64,000 nucleotides of DNA from assembly GCA_965217585.1 (NCBI GenBank), contig OZ244561.1:2208001-2272000 (forward strand), given 5' to 3'. Origin of the DNA: Candidatus Latescibacterota bacterium (lineage in GTDB: Bacteria; Latescibacterota; UBA2968; UBA8231). Positions 48,137-57,579 of this stretch are shown piece by piece. The first letter of the stretch is position 1; each line of letters begins with the position of its first letter. A program made the translations under genes and the position numbers. The notes under the pieces were generated by a model. It was not told where the DNA came from. It made no database searches and was given only the letters and a program-made list of their open reading frames with translations.

Positions 48137-48421
48137 ATGACCGCCCGACACTCAGAATCCCACCGCGTTTGGACCGTCGCCGAGGCCAAGGCGCGTTTGT
48201 CCGAAGTCCTGCGTCGCGCCGAAGAGGAAGGGCCTCAACATATCGGCATGCGAAAGTCCTTCGTTGTAGTCCCCGCCCACGTATGGGCCGAGAAAGAGTC
48301 GCAGCGCCAACCCATGGGCCAGTGGTTGGTAGCCAACATGCCCCGTGGCGCGAACCTCGAGATCACCAGAAATAGAGAATCCCGGCGGGAAATCCCATTC
48401 GCGTCTGAAGACACAGGGTGA
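48137..48421 (+). CDS. Phd/YefM-like (prevent-host-death) antitoxin
   Basis: WTVAEAKARLSEVLRRAEEEGPQHI motif; GTGA overlap with the PIN toxin. Confidence 0.85.
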   Translation: MTARHSESHRVWTVAEAKARLSEVLRRAEEEGPQHIGMRKSFVVVPAHVWAEKESQRQPMGQWLVANMPRGANLEITRNRESRREIPFASEDTG

Positions 48422-48930
48422 GCGGGTTTCTGCTAGACACCAATGTGGTCTCGGAGTTGACAAAAGACGCGCCCAATCCGCGGGTTCTCGCATTCCTGAC
48501 CGAACAAGACGACTTGTGGTTATCCGCGATAGTGTTGTATGAGCTGGAGTTTGGCTTGCAACTGCTGCCGCCGGGACAACGTCGCGACGGGTTGCGGTCG
48601 GTGCTGTCAGAGTTCATTTCGGCGTATGAGGACCGCATCCTGCCCTTGGAGAGGACGGGGGCAGAGCGGGCTGCCCAATTCCGGGCGCAGGCGCATCGCT
48701 CCGGTCGCGTGCTGGACTTGGGGGATGCGCTGATCGCCGGGACAGCCAAAGTTCATGGCCTCTCTGTTGCGACGCGGAACGTCGGGGACTTCGCAGACCT
48801 AGACGTGGACGTCACCAACCCTTGGGAAGACGCCTTAACCCCCCTCAACCAATCCACCGTCGAAGCGAGTGAGGATAGTGCCGACCCACTGGAAAAGGAG
48901 ACTGGAAATAATGCGGAACATGGCGAATAA
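48418..48930 (+). CDS. vapC: VapC PIN-domain toxin
   Basis: FLLDTNVVSEL, ELEFG, DALIAGTA, VATRNVGDF, NPWE. Confidence 0.92.
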   Translation: MSGFLLDTNVVSELTKDAPNPRVLAFLTEQDDLWLSAIVLYELEFGLQLLPPGQRRDGLRSVLSEFISAYEDRILPLERTGAERAAQFRAQAHRSGRVLDLGDALIAGTAKVHGLSVATRNVGDFADLDVDVTNPWEDALTPLNQSTVEASEDSADPLEKETGNNAEHGE

Positions 48931-49002
48931 ACTCTGGCGGGCGTGAGAGAGGGTAAGCGACGGTGTTATCTATAATTGAATTAAGAAGGTGAGGGTGCGC
49001 CA

Positions 49003-49878
49003 ATGAAGGTGAGAAAGATCGTCTATCTGATTCACTCAATGCTCTACAGCGACTTGGCCGCCACCGATCCGAAAACCCTGCGCAACACGAACGCCGGGAT
49101 CTATCTCGAGCGCGAGTTGCTGTGCGAACGACGTTGGCGCGCGGCGATCCGTCAACTGGAGCCGGATGCGATTTACGCCCAGCTCGACGGGGGGCGGGAA
49201 ATCCTCGCCTACGCTAGGCAACAACTCAGTGACGACCGCGTTCTCGAGCCCCACGCCGAGTGGTATGACGGGATCGACCCCGAGCAGTACAGGCAGGCCC
49301 TGACCGACTCGTTCTCGTCGCAACTAGCCGACAAGGGTCATCACCTCGATTGCGAGACCACCGAGCTGGAGTTGTGGGGCGAGTCATTCACTGGATGTGT
49401 TTACGGTTACGGCACCGCACTTGGCCGACAGCTCGGTCTCAAGACTCCGGCGTTTGACAACTTTGACATGACGGTGCCAGACCAACGCCTCCTTTGCAAA
49501 GCGGAGTTGGTGACCCATTTTTTGCTCCCGGACAGCGCCACGCGAGGTTACCTCTTCGACGGTCCACTGGGCTATCCGATCGGCCTCTTCATCGACGGGT
49601 TCAGGACGAGTGACGCAGGAGCGACGGGCAAGATTAGGCTCGACCTGGACCCTAATAAAGTGATGTTGGAAAGCCCCTTGGGGATTACCCTGCATGCCCA
49701 GCTCAGCATCGACCGACCCAATCGCAAGATCCCCGTACATCCCACGCGCGACTTTGACGGCATAACGGCTACTGCCACGGGGCTGGAAATACCACGGGGT
49801 TGCGAGCACTCTATTCTGGGTGTTCTGATGAGCCCGGCCGACTTGCTCGCGGCCATGCAAACCGCCACCGTCTGCTAA
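49003..49878 (+). CDS. Hypothetical protein
   Basis: 291-aa ORF with upstream GAAGGTGAGG RBS-like sequence; no recognised motif. Confidence 0.65.
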   Translation: MKVRKIVYLIHSMLYSDLAATDPKTLRNTNAGIYLERELLCERRWRAAIRQLEPDAIYAQLDGGREILAYARQQLSDDRVLEPHAEWYDGIDPEQYRQALTDSFSSQLADKGHHLDCETTELELWGESFTGCVYGYGTALGRQLGLKTPAFDNFDMTVPDQRLLCKAELVTHFLLPDSATRGYLFDGPLGYPIGLFIDGFRTSDAGATGKIRLDLDPNKVMLESPLGITLHAQLSIDRPNRKIPVHPTRDFDGITATATGLEIPRGCEHSILGVLMSPADLLAAMQTATVC

Positions 49879-49909
49879 GAAGGTGATGGGCACGAGCGGG
49901 CCGGTTCTT

Positions 49910-51067
49910 TTACCAGCTCGCGATGAACTCGTCGACGTTCATCGCCGGCATTTCCTCAAAGCGGTACGTGGTGGGCTCCTTGCACTGGAAACCGGGGATG
50001 AGATGCGGCTCATCCACCTGAAGGAGCCGGTCGAACTCGGCGAAACGCTGCCACAGAAGGTCTGCTTCCTCCTGGGTAAAGCGGCTGCCGACCGGACCCC
50101 GGGTGCGGAGAACAGAGCCTTTCGCCATCTTGGATAGCTGCACCACGCAGGACATCTTGCCCACTGCACCCGAATGGAGTTCGGCAAGCCCCGCGAGAAA
50201 CGTCTCGTCGTCTCTGGCCATCATCGCGCGGAACATGCGCTCCATGGTGTCGTGTTCATTGGCCAGCAACTCGCCGAAACGTCGGAACCGGGATGCTAGG
50301 TGTTCTGGCAGCATATCGACGATATCCGGCGGCCAGTGAACGGCGTAGGCTCCGGTGAGGCTGCCGTTGTTAAAGGCGCGGTACGCAAATTGGATGGTCC
50401 GTCTCAATTTCGTGCTGTAGTTGCTGCCCCAATGCAAGATCGGTGTGAGATAGACGATTCCGTCACCAGCTCGGAGTTTGATCGGAATACCACCGTCGAT
50501 GGGCTCGTGCTCGCTGATGGATAGCTGCCGGTTTTCGGCTGCCGTGTTGAAGCGGCGATGGCTCCCCGGTACCAGCCAGAAGACATCGTCGTCGTACAGG
50601 GCGATGTTCCATTGCGTGTAACACGGGGGGTTGTTGAAGAAGTCGGTGTAGTAGGCTTCGACCGGACCGTGCACTGGCGGGCTGATGTCGCGATGCCAGT
50701 CTGACGGCCCGTGGTCGGTGCGCGGGTTGCAGAACATGCCGAACTGTGTTGGCACCACGTCTTCGGTCTGCATGATCTGCTTGCTGATGCCGTACGTGTT
50801 CTCGTGAAACAGGAACTCAACCGACTCGTGAGCACGGCGGTCGATTACCCTGTTGAACATGACGCGTGGCTGTTTGCCGACCTCCCATTCGCCGCCCGGC
50901 GGTTGGTCCGGGGTGCGTTGTTCTGCCCACCACGTCTTGTGCCGCTCCAGCATCTGCTCGCAGTGTGTCCGCATCGACTCCAGTTGATCTGGTGGGACGC
51001 ACTCGGGGACGATGAGGTAGCCTGAATTTAGCAGTTTTTTGCTGTCGACGATCAATTTTCGCTCCAT
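49910..51067 (-). CDS. PhyH family Fe(II)/2OG dioxygenase with C-terminal extension
   Basis: GYLIV, WHRD, LVPGSHRR, LRAGDGIVY..ILHWG. Confidence 0.85.
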   Translation of the reverse strand: MERKLIVDSKKLLNSGYLIVPECVPPDQLESMRTHCEQMLERHKTWWAEQRTPDQPPGGEWEVGKQPRVMFNRVIDRRAHESVEFLFHENTYGISKQIMQTEDVVPTQFGMFCNPRTDHGPSDWHRDISPPVHGPVEAYYTDFFNNPPCYTQWNIALYDDDVFWLVPGSHRRFNTAAENRQLSISEHEPIDGGIPIKLRAGDGIVYLTPILHWGSNYSTKLRRTIQFAYRAFNNGSLTGAYAVHWPPDIVDMLPEHLASRFRRFGELLANEHDTMERMFRAMMARDDETFLAGLAELHSGAVGKMSCVVQLSKMAKGSVLRTRGPVGSRFTQEEADLLWQRFAEFDRLLQVDEPHLIPGFQCKEPTTYRFEEMPAMNVDEFIASW

Positions 51068-51242
51068 TCTGAGAAGGGGAGTTGGCGGTGTTGCTTTGCA
51101 GGTAGTGTCGATGGGAAGAATAAGGCGTCATCGGTAGTTGGATCAAGGACTGACCTTGCCCCATTGGGGGACGCCCTCTAATTTGGCCCAAGCATACGAC
51201 AATCCTTTTCAATGGCCGCATCAGCCGCATCGGAGGGACCCC

Positions 51243-52046
51243 ATGTTGACCGACCAGCAGTTGCAGCACTTCCGAACCTTCGGCTTCGTCAACCTGCGCA
51301 AGTTGTTCATCCCGGAAGAGGTCGAGATCCTGCGCCAGGAGTACGAGTCCGAGCTCGATCACGTGTACACCGATCAGCCCTTCACGGGGGAGAAGCGCTA
51401 CTGGACGATGATGCTGCACCCGCGCACCCCCCTGTACGCCAGCCTGCTCGAGGACGAACGCTTCTGCGGCGTCGCCGAACAGCTCTACGGCGACGACGTC
51501 ATCGGCATCGGTACCGATGCCAACCGCTATGTCGGCGATACGAACTGGCATCCCGATCACAGGGCCGATCCATCCGCAGACTGCTTCGGCGTCAAGTTCG
51601 CCTTCTACCTCGACCCGGTCGATGCCGAGAGCGGTGCCCTGCGGCTCATCCCCGGTTCGCACCGGCGCGAGTTCCACGATCAGTTGCACGACACCCTGAA
51701 CTCCCTAGAGATCGACGTGGCCGACGTCCCCGCCTACGTCTGCCGGTCGGAACCGGGCGATGTGGTAGCCTTCGACATGCGCTGTTGGCACGCTAGTAGT
51801 GGCGGCGCTGCGGGCCGCCGCATGTGCACTTGTGTCTACTACAACAATCCCAAGGGTGGAGACGAAGAGGCCACCACCCGCGACCGCGCCGTCCGCTCGA
51901 AGGAGACGCCCGCGCACTTCGGACGAGCGGAACAGTCTATGTACCCGCTCGAATGGCTGCGGAACCCTTCCGGCAGCCCCAAGCGAGGACGCTGGCTGCG
52001 GCGCATGGCTGAGCTCGGGTACTTCGAACTGCCCGCCGTCTCTTGA
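51243..52046 (+). CDS. PhyH family Fe(II)/2OG dioxygenase
   Basis: FRTFGF, WHPD, LIPGSH, EPGDVVAFD..CWHAS. Confidence 0.88.
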   Translation: MLTDQQLQHFRTFGFVNLRKLFIPEEVEILRQEYESELDHVYTDQPFTGEKRYWTMMLHPRTPLYASLLEDERFCGVAEQLYGDDVIGIGTDANRYVGDTNWHPDHRADPSADCFGVKFAFYLDPVDAESGALRLIPGSHRREFHDQLHDTLNSLEIDVADVPAYVCRSEPGDVVAFDMRCWHASSGGAAGRRMCTCVYYNNPKGGDEEATTRDRAVRSKETPAHFGRAEQSMYPLEWLRNPSGSPKRGRWLRRMAELGYFELPAVS

Positions 52047-52079
52047 GCGTCCAGATCGCAACAGAGGAGACTAAAAACA

Positions 52080-52802
52080 ATGCAAGATATGGCGGATAAA
52101 CTAGACCGACTAGAGCGCGACGGCTATGTCTTGATCGAAGGGGCCTTGAGTCCCCAAGAGACGGAATTGGTGCGCCAGCGGGTGGACCACGCGCGCGAAA
52201 TGGGCTGGGAGGAAGGCTTGAACGCCGTGGGCAATATGTGGTTCGATTCGCTCTTGGACCGCGAGCCTGAAACCTTCGCCCCCTTGGTGAGCCATCCGAG
52301 CGTGCGCCCTTATTTGGAGGGCATGATGGGCAAGCAGTGCCAGCTACGCAGCCTGCGGGCTCACATCAATCCGGGACCCTACCTGCAGGAGTGGCACATG
52401 GATTTCTACGGCTATTGGGAGGAAAAGCGCCAAGTCGAGCAATACCGCTTGGCGGCCCAGCCCGTAGGGGTCAATACGACCTATTACTTGCAGGACAACG
52501 GGCCGGGAGATGGCCACCTCAAATACGTCGAAAACGGCCATTTGCAGGAGCCTCCCCATCTCTACCCCATGGACCGCCCCAAATTTGAGGCTTGGTGTGA
52601 CGCCCAGAAGCACGTCGTCCTCTACCCCAAGGCGGGCGACTGCGTCGTCTTTTTGAGCCACATACCGCATCAAGGGGCCAAGGAGCGCGAGGATATGGAG
52701 CGCAGCAATGTGGTGTGCCACTACCAGATGACGCCGATGTACGAGGGCATCTGGCACGTGTCGCGTCCCAGGGGGTACAACGGTACCTTTCCCTTTGTCT
52801 AG
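52080..52802 (+). CDS. PhyH family Fe(II)/2OG dioxygenase
   Basis: ERDGYVLI, WHMD, KAGDCVVF..IPHQG. Confidence 0.85.
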   Translation: MQDMADKLDRLERDGYVLIEGALSPQETELVRQRVDHAREMGWEEGLNAVGNMWFDSLLDREPETFAPLVSHPSVRPYLEGMMGKQCQLRSLRAHINPGPYLQEWHMDFYGYWEEKRQVEQYRLAAQPVGVNTTYYLQDNGPGDGHLKYVENGHLQEPPHLYPMDRPKFEAWCDAQKHVVLYPKAGDCVVFLSHIPHQGAKEREDMERSNVVCHYQMTPMYEGIWHVSRPRGYNGTFPFV

Positions 52803-52810
52803 GGAACTTT

Positions 52811-53617
52811 TTACACGGCTACTAACTCTGGGTAGTCCGGCCCTTGGAGAACTTCGCCCACGTCCACGGTTTCGACATTACCCATACGCTCGTTCCAATT
52901 GTCGCCTAGGCGACGGGTGTAGCCGGGCATGAGGTGCATGATATAGCTGCGGCGCGGGTTGTCGGTCTTGTTGCCGTACGAGCCGTGGAAGGTGCGGCAG
53001 TGGTGGAAGTGGCAGTGTCCGGCCTCGACCTCGCAGGGCACGGGGGTTAGATCGGCCCCGGCGGGAATCCCCTCCTGTTGCAGCAGCCAGTGCGGGTCTT
53101 CAACCACGGCGTCTTCGCGGTCATAGCGCATCGGCCATCGGTGGCTGCCTGGGATGACGTGCATACAGCCGTTATCGACGGTAGAGTCGTCGAGGGCGAT
53201 CCAGCAGGTACCCATATCGGCTGGTCCAACGTGATTCCAAAAGGTGTAGTCTTGATGCCAAGCCAAGGCGGTTTCCGCATCGTAAGCTGGCTTGTAGATC
53301 ATTTGGTCTTCCCACATGCGCACCGGGCCGGACATGAGCTGGTGTGCCAGAGCGCTGATGGTCGGGTTGTCGATGAGGGCGGCAAAGACGGACTCGCGGC
53401 GAAAGATGTTGACCACCTTGACCGAGGGCAGTTGGCCCTTGGCGCGGGACTGATCGACGGTTTCGCCCATCAGGTGTTTGGGGAAAGGAATGCGGCCGTG
53501 GAGAATGTCGTCGATGCGTTCTTTGAGCGCGCTGATCTGCTCGGCGGATAAAACGCGCGGGCCGGACAGATAGCCCTCGGTTTTGTAGTGTTCGATTTGG
53601 GCGTCGGTGAAAAGCAT
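52811..53617 (-). CDS. PhyH family Fe(II)/2OG dioxygenase
   Basis: WHQD, CWIALDD...NGCMHVIPGSH, FHHCRTFHGS. ATG at 53617. Confidence 0.92.
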   Translation of the reverse strand: MLFTDAQIEHYKTEGYLSGPRVLSAEQISALKERIDDILHGRIPFPKHLMGETVDQSRAKGQLPSVKVVNIFRRESVFAALIDNPTISALAHQLMSGPVRMWEDQMIYKPAYDAETALAWHQDYTFWNHVGPADMGTCWIALDDSTVDNGCMHVIPGSHRWPMRYDREDAVVEDPHWLLQQEGIPAGADLTPVPCEVEAGHCHFHHCRTFHGSYGNKTDNPRRSYIMHLMPGYTRRLGDNWNERMGNVETVDVGEVLQGPDYPELVAV

Positions 53618-53798
53618 GGCAGGTTCTCCAGTGCAGGACGGGCCTTTAGGTTTACCACCAAGCCTGAAAGGCTCTATATTGAGTAGGCCCCGCGAAGAAT
53701 ATGAGACGAATTTGACCGATGCACAATCGGGATCACCGCTCCCGCAGAGCGACTTCTTCAAGGGCTTCTATATTTGAGCGCAACAACGGAGACAAACT

Positions 53799-55088
53799 AT
53801 GTCTGAGCAGTCCGGCCACAGCATTGTGGCCGCATCGAATTCACAGACGGTACTGATTCGCCCGGGACTGCTCGCCGACGGCCTCGGCGGTAGCGCCAAG
53901 GCCGGGCAGGCGGTATTCGTACGAGATGGCGCGATCGCCGCGGTCGGACCATTGGCACAGGTCGAAAAGCAAACGCCTCCCGATACCCCGACCGTCGATT
54001 TGAACGGCTGCTGCCTCACCCCCGGTCTCATCGATGGCCACACCCACCTCAGCCTGCCGGGAGACGGCCTTCGCTACGATCTGACATTCCGGGAAAGCGA
54101 TGAGACCATGGTGCTCATCGGGGCCATGAACATGCGCAGACACCTGCGCGCCGGCATCACCACCCTGCGCGAGCACGGCGCCCGCAACAGGGTCGGGTTC
54201 ATCCTCAAGGAAGGTCTGCAACGCGGATACATCCCCGGGCCGCGGCTGCTCGTCAGCGGCCGCCCGATCACCTGCACGGGTGGCCACTTCCACATGTGCA
54301 ACGAGATCGCCGACGGAGTGGAAGAGATCCGCCGCTCAGTGCGCCGGCTCGTGCACGAGGGGGCCGACTACATCAAGGTAATGGCCTCCGGTGGAGGGAC
54401 GACCGGCACGATTCCGGGGTTGGCCTCCTATTCGACTGAAGAACTGCAGGCCCTGGTGGGCGAGGCGCGCCAGTTTCACCGCCTCACTGTCGCCCATTGC
54501 CGCGCCAAGCAGTCGATGGTGCGAGCCGTCGAGGCCGGCATCGACCTGATCGAACACGTCGAGTTTCTCGAACCGGACCACGTGATGCGCTTCGACCCGC
54601 AAGTAGCCAAGATGTTGGCCGAATCCGGCATCTGGCTGAGCCCGACGCTGCAGGCGTGGACCAACTACCCGGAGATGGTGCGCCTGCGCAAGCTGCGCGA
54701 CGAGGGAGCTATGGGAGCCGCAGAGGAGGCAGCGCTTACCCATCTCGAACAACGAGCGGAGAAGCGGCTGGACGTGATGCGGAAGATGCTCGACTACTGC
54801 CTGAAGGAGCGCGTGGTGCCCGGCACGGACTCAGGAGTGGGCTGCCTCGAATTCGGCCACTTAGACTACGATCTTCAACTGCTGGTCGAATGCGGCTTCA
54901 CCCCGGCCGAAGCCCTCGTCGCGGCGACCCGGATCTCGGCCGCGGCGGCCGGTATTGCCGATGAGGTGGGGACCATCGAGGTCGGCAAATCTGCGGACCT
55001 TGCCGCCTTTGGGGGCGATCCGACGGCAGATGTGGCCGCCTTCAGCGACGTCAGGGCGGTTTTCCAGGCCGGGGTGCGCGTTCAATAG
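53799..55088 (+). CDS. Metal-dependent amidohydrolase (prolidase/imidazolonepropionase-like)
   Basis: PGLIDGHTH, GITTLRE, GADYIKV, VAH, IEH, PGTDSG, GTIEVGKSADL. Confidence 0.92.
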   Translation: MSEQSGHSIVAASNSQTVLIRPGLLADGLGGSAKAGQAVFVRDGAIAAVGPLAQVEKQTPPDTPTVDLNGCCLTPGLIDGHTHLSLPGDGLRYDLTFRESDETMVLIGAMNMRRHLRAGITTLREHGARNRVGFILKEGLQRGYIPGPRLLVSGRPITCTGGHFHMCNEIADGVEEIRRSVRRLVHEGADYIKVMASGGGTTGTIPGLASYSTEELQALVGEARQFHRLTVAHCRAKQSMVRAVEAGIDLIEHVEFLEPDHVMRFDPQVAKMLAESGIWLSPTLQAWTNYPEMVRLRKLRDEGAMGAAEEAALTHLEQRAEKRLDVMRKMLDYCLKERVVPGTDSGVGCLEFGHLDYDLQLLVECGFTPAEALVAATRISAAAAGIADEVGTIEVGKSADLAAFGGDPTADVAAFSDVRAVFQAGVRVQ

Positions 55089-55113
55089 TCAGCACAGAGG
55101 GAGGAACAGGCGA

Positions 55114-56253
55114 ATGGATGTCGCTGAGATTCGAGATCAGATCCCGGGTCTGCGGTTCGGCGTCTATCTCAATACCGGCGGGGTCGGCCAGGCACCCGCC
55201 AGCGTGAGTCAGGCGGTCACCGCCGGCTACCGGCCGCTGGCCGCTGGCAGGCTGAGTCCCATCGACTGGTATGAAGCGATGAGCAAGGCCGCCTCCAAGA
55301 TCCCTGCGAAGATCGCCGACTTCTTCGGGGCCGACGCGACAGAGATCGCCTTGACCATGAGCACCGGCGACGGCTTTGGCATGGTGTTGGGGGGGCTGCG
55401 CTGGGAACCGGGTGACGAGGTGTTGATCACCAGCGAAGAGCATCCGGTACCGCTTCAGTCCGTTCAAGGGCTGGCCGACCGGGAGGGGGCCGTCATCAAG
55501 GAAGTCGAGCTGGACCATGACAAGGACGTGATCCTCGAACGGGTGGAACAGGCCATCACGCCACGCACCCGGCTAATCTGCTTCAGTCACGTCACCACCG
55601 ATTCGGGCACCCTGCTGCCGGCTGAGGAAATCTGTGCCCTGGTTCGGGCCCGCGGAATCCTCACGCTGTGGGACGGCTGTCAGGCGGTGGGTCAGCTGCC
55701 GGTGGACCTCCATGGCATGGGCTGCGACTTCTACGCTACCAACTGCTACAAGTGGCTGCTGGCGCCGATCGGCACTGGGTTCCTCTACGTCCGCGGAGAT
55801 GCGCAGCAGGCTCTCAAGCCGTTGCGGCGTCCGCACGATCCCTCCGCCTCAGCGCGACAGTACGAGATGGGGACTCCGGCGAGCGTGCTCTACTCGGGAG
55901 TTGGTGCCAGCCTCGACTTCATGACCCGCATCGGCGGGCCTCGGGCCATCGCGGCGGAGGCGAGCCGCAAGGCGGAGGGGTTGTGGGCGCGTCTCGACGC
56001 CATTCCCGGTGTGCAGGTCGTCAGCTCACGCCGCCCCGAGACCCGGAGCGGCATCGTCACATTCGCCATCGCAGGGATGGAGGGCGGAGAGGTCTCCACT
56101 GCCCTCAGGCAGTGCTGGCAGATCATCCAACGGGGCACGTACTTGACCGATCCGACCGGCGTGCGGATCTCGGTGGCCTTCTACACCAGCGACGCGGAGC
56201 TGGACACGCTGGTCGAAGCGGTGACGACGCTGGCCGGAGAGGCGAAGCGATAG
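55114..56253 (+). CDS. Class V PLP-dependent aminotransferase (cysteine desulfurase / isopenicillin N epimerase-like)
   Basis: YLNTGG, EEHP, FSHV, DGCQAVG, NCYKWLLAPIGTG (PLP lysine), RISVAFYT. Confidence 0.88.
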   Translation: MDVAEIRDQIPGLRFGVYLNTGGVGQAPASVSQAVTAGYRPLAAGRLSPIDWYEAMSKAASKIPAKIADFFGADATEIALTMSTGDGFGMVLGGLRWEPGDEVLITSEEHPVPLQSVQGLADREGAVIKEVELDHDKDVILERVEQAITPRTRLICFSHVTTDSGTLLPAEEICALVRARGILTLWDGCQAVGQLPVDLHGMGCDFYATNCYKWLLAPIGTGFLYVRGDAQQALKPLRRPHDPSASARQYEMGTPASVLYSGVGASLDFMTRIGGPRAIAAEASRKAEGLWARLDAIPGVQVVSSRRPETRSGIVTFAIAGMEGGEVSTALRQCWQIIQRGTYLTDPTGVRISVAFYTSDAELDTLVEAVTTLAGEAKR

Positions 56254-57366
56254 ATGCGCATCGACAGACTCGACGTGTACTACGTGGTGATGCCGCTCAT
56301 CTATCCCTGGCGCACGGCGTATGGGGAAGACGCCGACATCCACTCGGTGCTCGTCAAGCTGACCAGCGGCGAGCACGAAGCCTGGTCGGAGAGCACCCCC
56401 TTCTTCGCGCCCACCTATCTCAGCGAGAGCGCCGGGTCCGCGTTCTACCACGTCTCCGAGGTGATGGGGCCCTGGGTGGTGGGGCGCGAGTACGACACGG
56501 CCGCCGAGCTCGACCAGCGGCTGGCGATTTTCAAGGGCAACAGCTTCGCTAAGGCGGCCGTGGAGATCGGCTGGTGGACGCTGCAGAGCCGCATCACCGG
56601 GACCCCCCTGCACCGGCTTCTCGGCGGCCAGACCCGCGACGTGGCGGCCGGCGCTGACTTCGGCATCCAGGACTCCTACGACATGCTCCTCGGGAACATC
56701 CAGAAGGCCGTCGACGCCGGATTCCCGCGCATCAAGCTGAAAGCGGCCCCGGGCTGGGACCTCGAAATGCTGCAAATCGTCACCAGCACCTTCCCCGACA
56801 CGACCTTCCACATCGACTGCAACTCCGGGTACACCCTCGACGACCTGCCGTTTTTCAAGGCCATCGACGGCATGGGGCTCGCCTTCATCGAGCAGCCTCT
56901 TGCGTACAACGACCTGCTCGATCACGCCGAGCTCGCGAGACAGATCGGTACGCCCATCTGTCTCGACGAGAGCATCGTCGATCCGCGCACCGCCGAGCAG
57001 GCGCTTCGCATCGGCGCCTGTCGCTACATCAACATCAAGCCGGGAAGGATCGGCGGCTTGACCAACGCCCTCGCCGTGCACGACATGGCCAGGGACGCCG
57101 GTGTGCCGGTGTGGGTCGGGGGCATGCTCGAAAGCGCCCTCGGGGGATCGATCTGCGTGGAACTGGCGACGCTGGAGAACTTCACCTACCCGGGCGACCT
57201 GTTCCCCTCTTCCCGCTTCTACCGCCGCGACCTGTCGCAACCGCCCCTGGAGCTCGCCGAGGGCTGCGTCTTCAAGCCCTCGGCCGGCGATCTGCCGACG
57301 CCGGATGCCGAGCTGCTGGCGGCGCAGACCTTGCGCTGGAAGACGGTCACGCCGGGCTCATCGTGA
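56254..57366 (+). CDS. menC: o-succinylbenzoate synthase / N-acylamino acid racemase (enolase superfamily)
   Basis: RIKLK, IDCNS, IEQPL, ICLDES, INIKPGRIGG, GGMLES motifs of the NAAAR-type OSBS subfamily. Confidence 0.85.
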   Translation: MRIDRLDVYYVVMPLIYPWRTAYGEDADIHSVLVKLTSGEHEAWSESTPFFAPTYLSESAGSAFYHVSEVMGPWVVGREYDTAAELDQRLAIFKGNSFAKAAVEIGWWTLQSRITGTPLHRLLGGQTRDVAAGADFGIQDSYDMLLGNIQKAVDAGFPRIKLKAAPGWDLEMLQIVTSTFPDTTFHIDCNSGYTLDDLPFFKAIDGMGLAFIEQPLAYNDLLDHAELARQIGTPICLDESIVDPRTAEQALRIGACRYINIKPGRIGGLTNALAVHDMARDAGVPVWVGGMLESALGGSICVELATLENFTYPGDLFPSSRFYRRDLSQPPLELAEGCVFKPSAGDLPTPDAELLAAQTLRWKTVTPGSS

Positions 57367-57466
57367 TCCGCGGGTAGATCTCCACCGCGCGAATCACCTG
57401 TTCGCACTCGATCCACTCGACGGCGCCGTTGAGCCGTTGCATCGTCTTCGCCGTAGGCTTGGAACA

Positions 57467-57568
57467 AGGTAACAAGATCACACGCACCGTCAATGCCTAT
57501 ACTCTTCAATCGAAGGCCGTTTCCGCAAAGGCGCGAAAGCGCCGTAGCCGGCAACCTTGATGTTACCT
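57467..57568 (-). other. Degenerate attC-like recombination site
   Basis: On the minus strand AGGTAAC lies 11 nt after the APH stop and GTTACCT closes the 102-bp element; inner arm pairing is weak. Confidence 0.4.
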
Positions 57569-57579
57569 GAATGTGGACA

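Noticed and set aside
56254-57366. Menaquinone biosynthesis cluster
   Set aside because: No other men genes are nearby; the enzyme looks like the promiscuous NAAAR subfamily.
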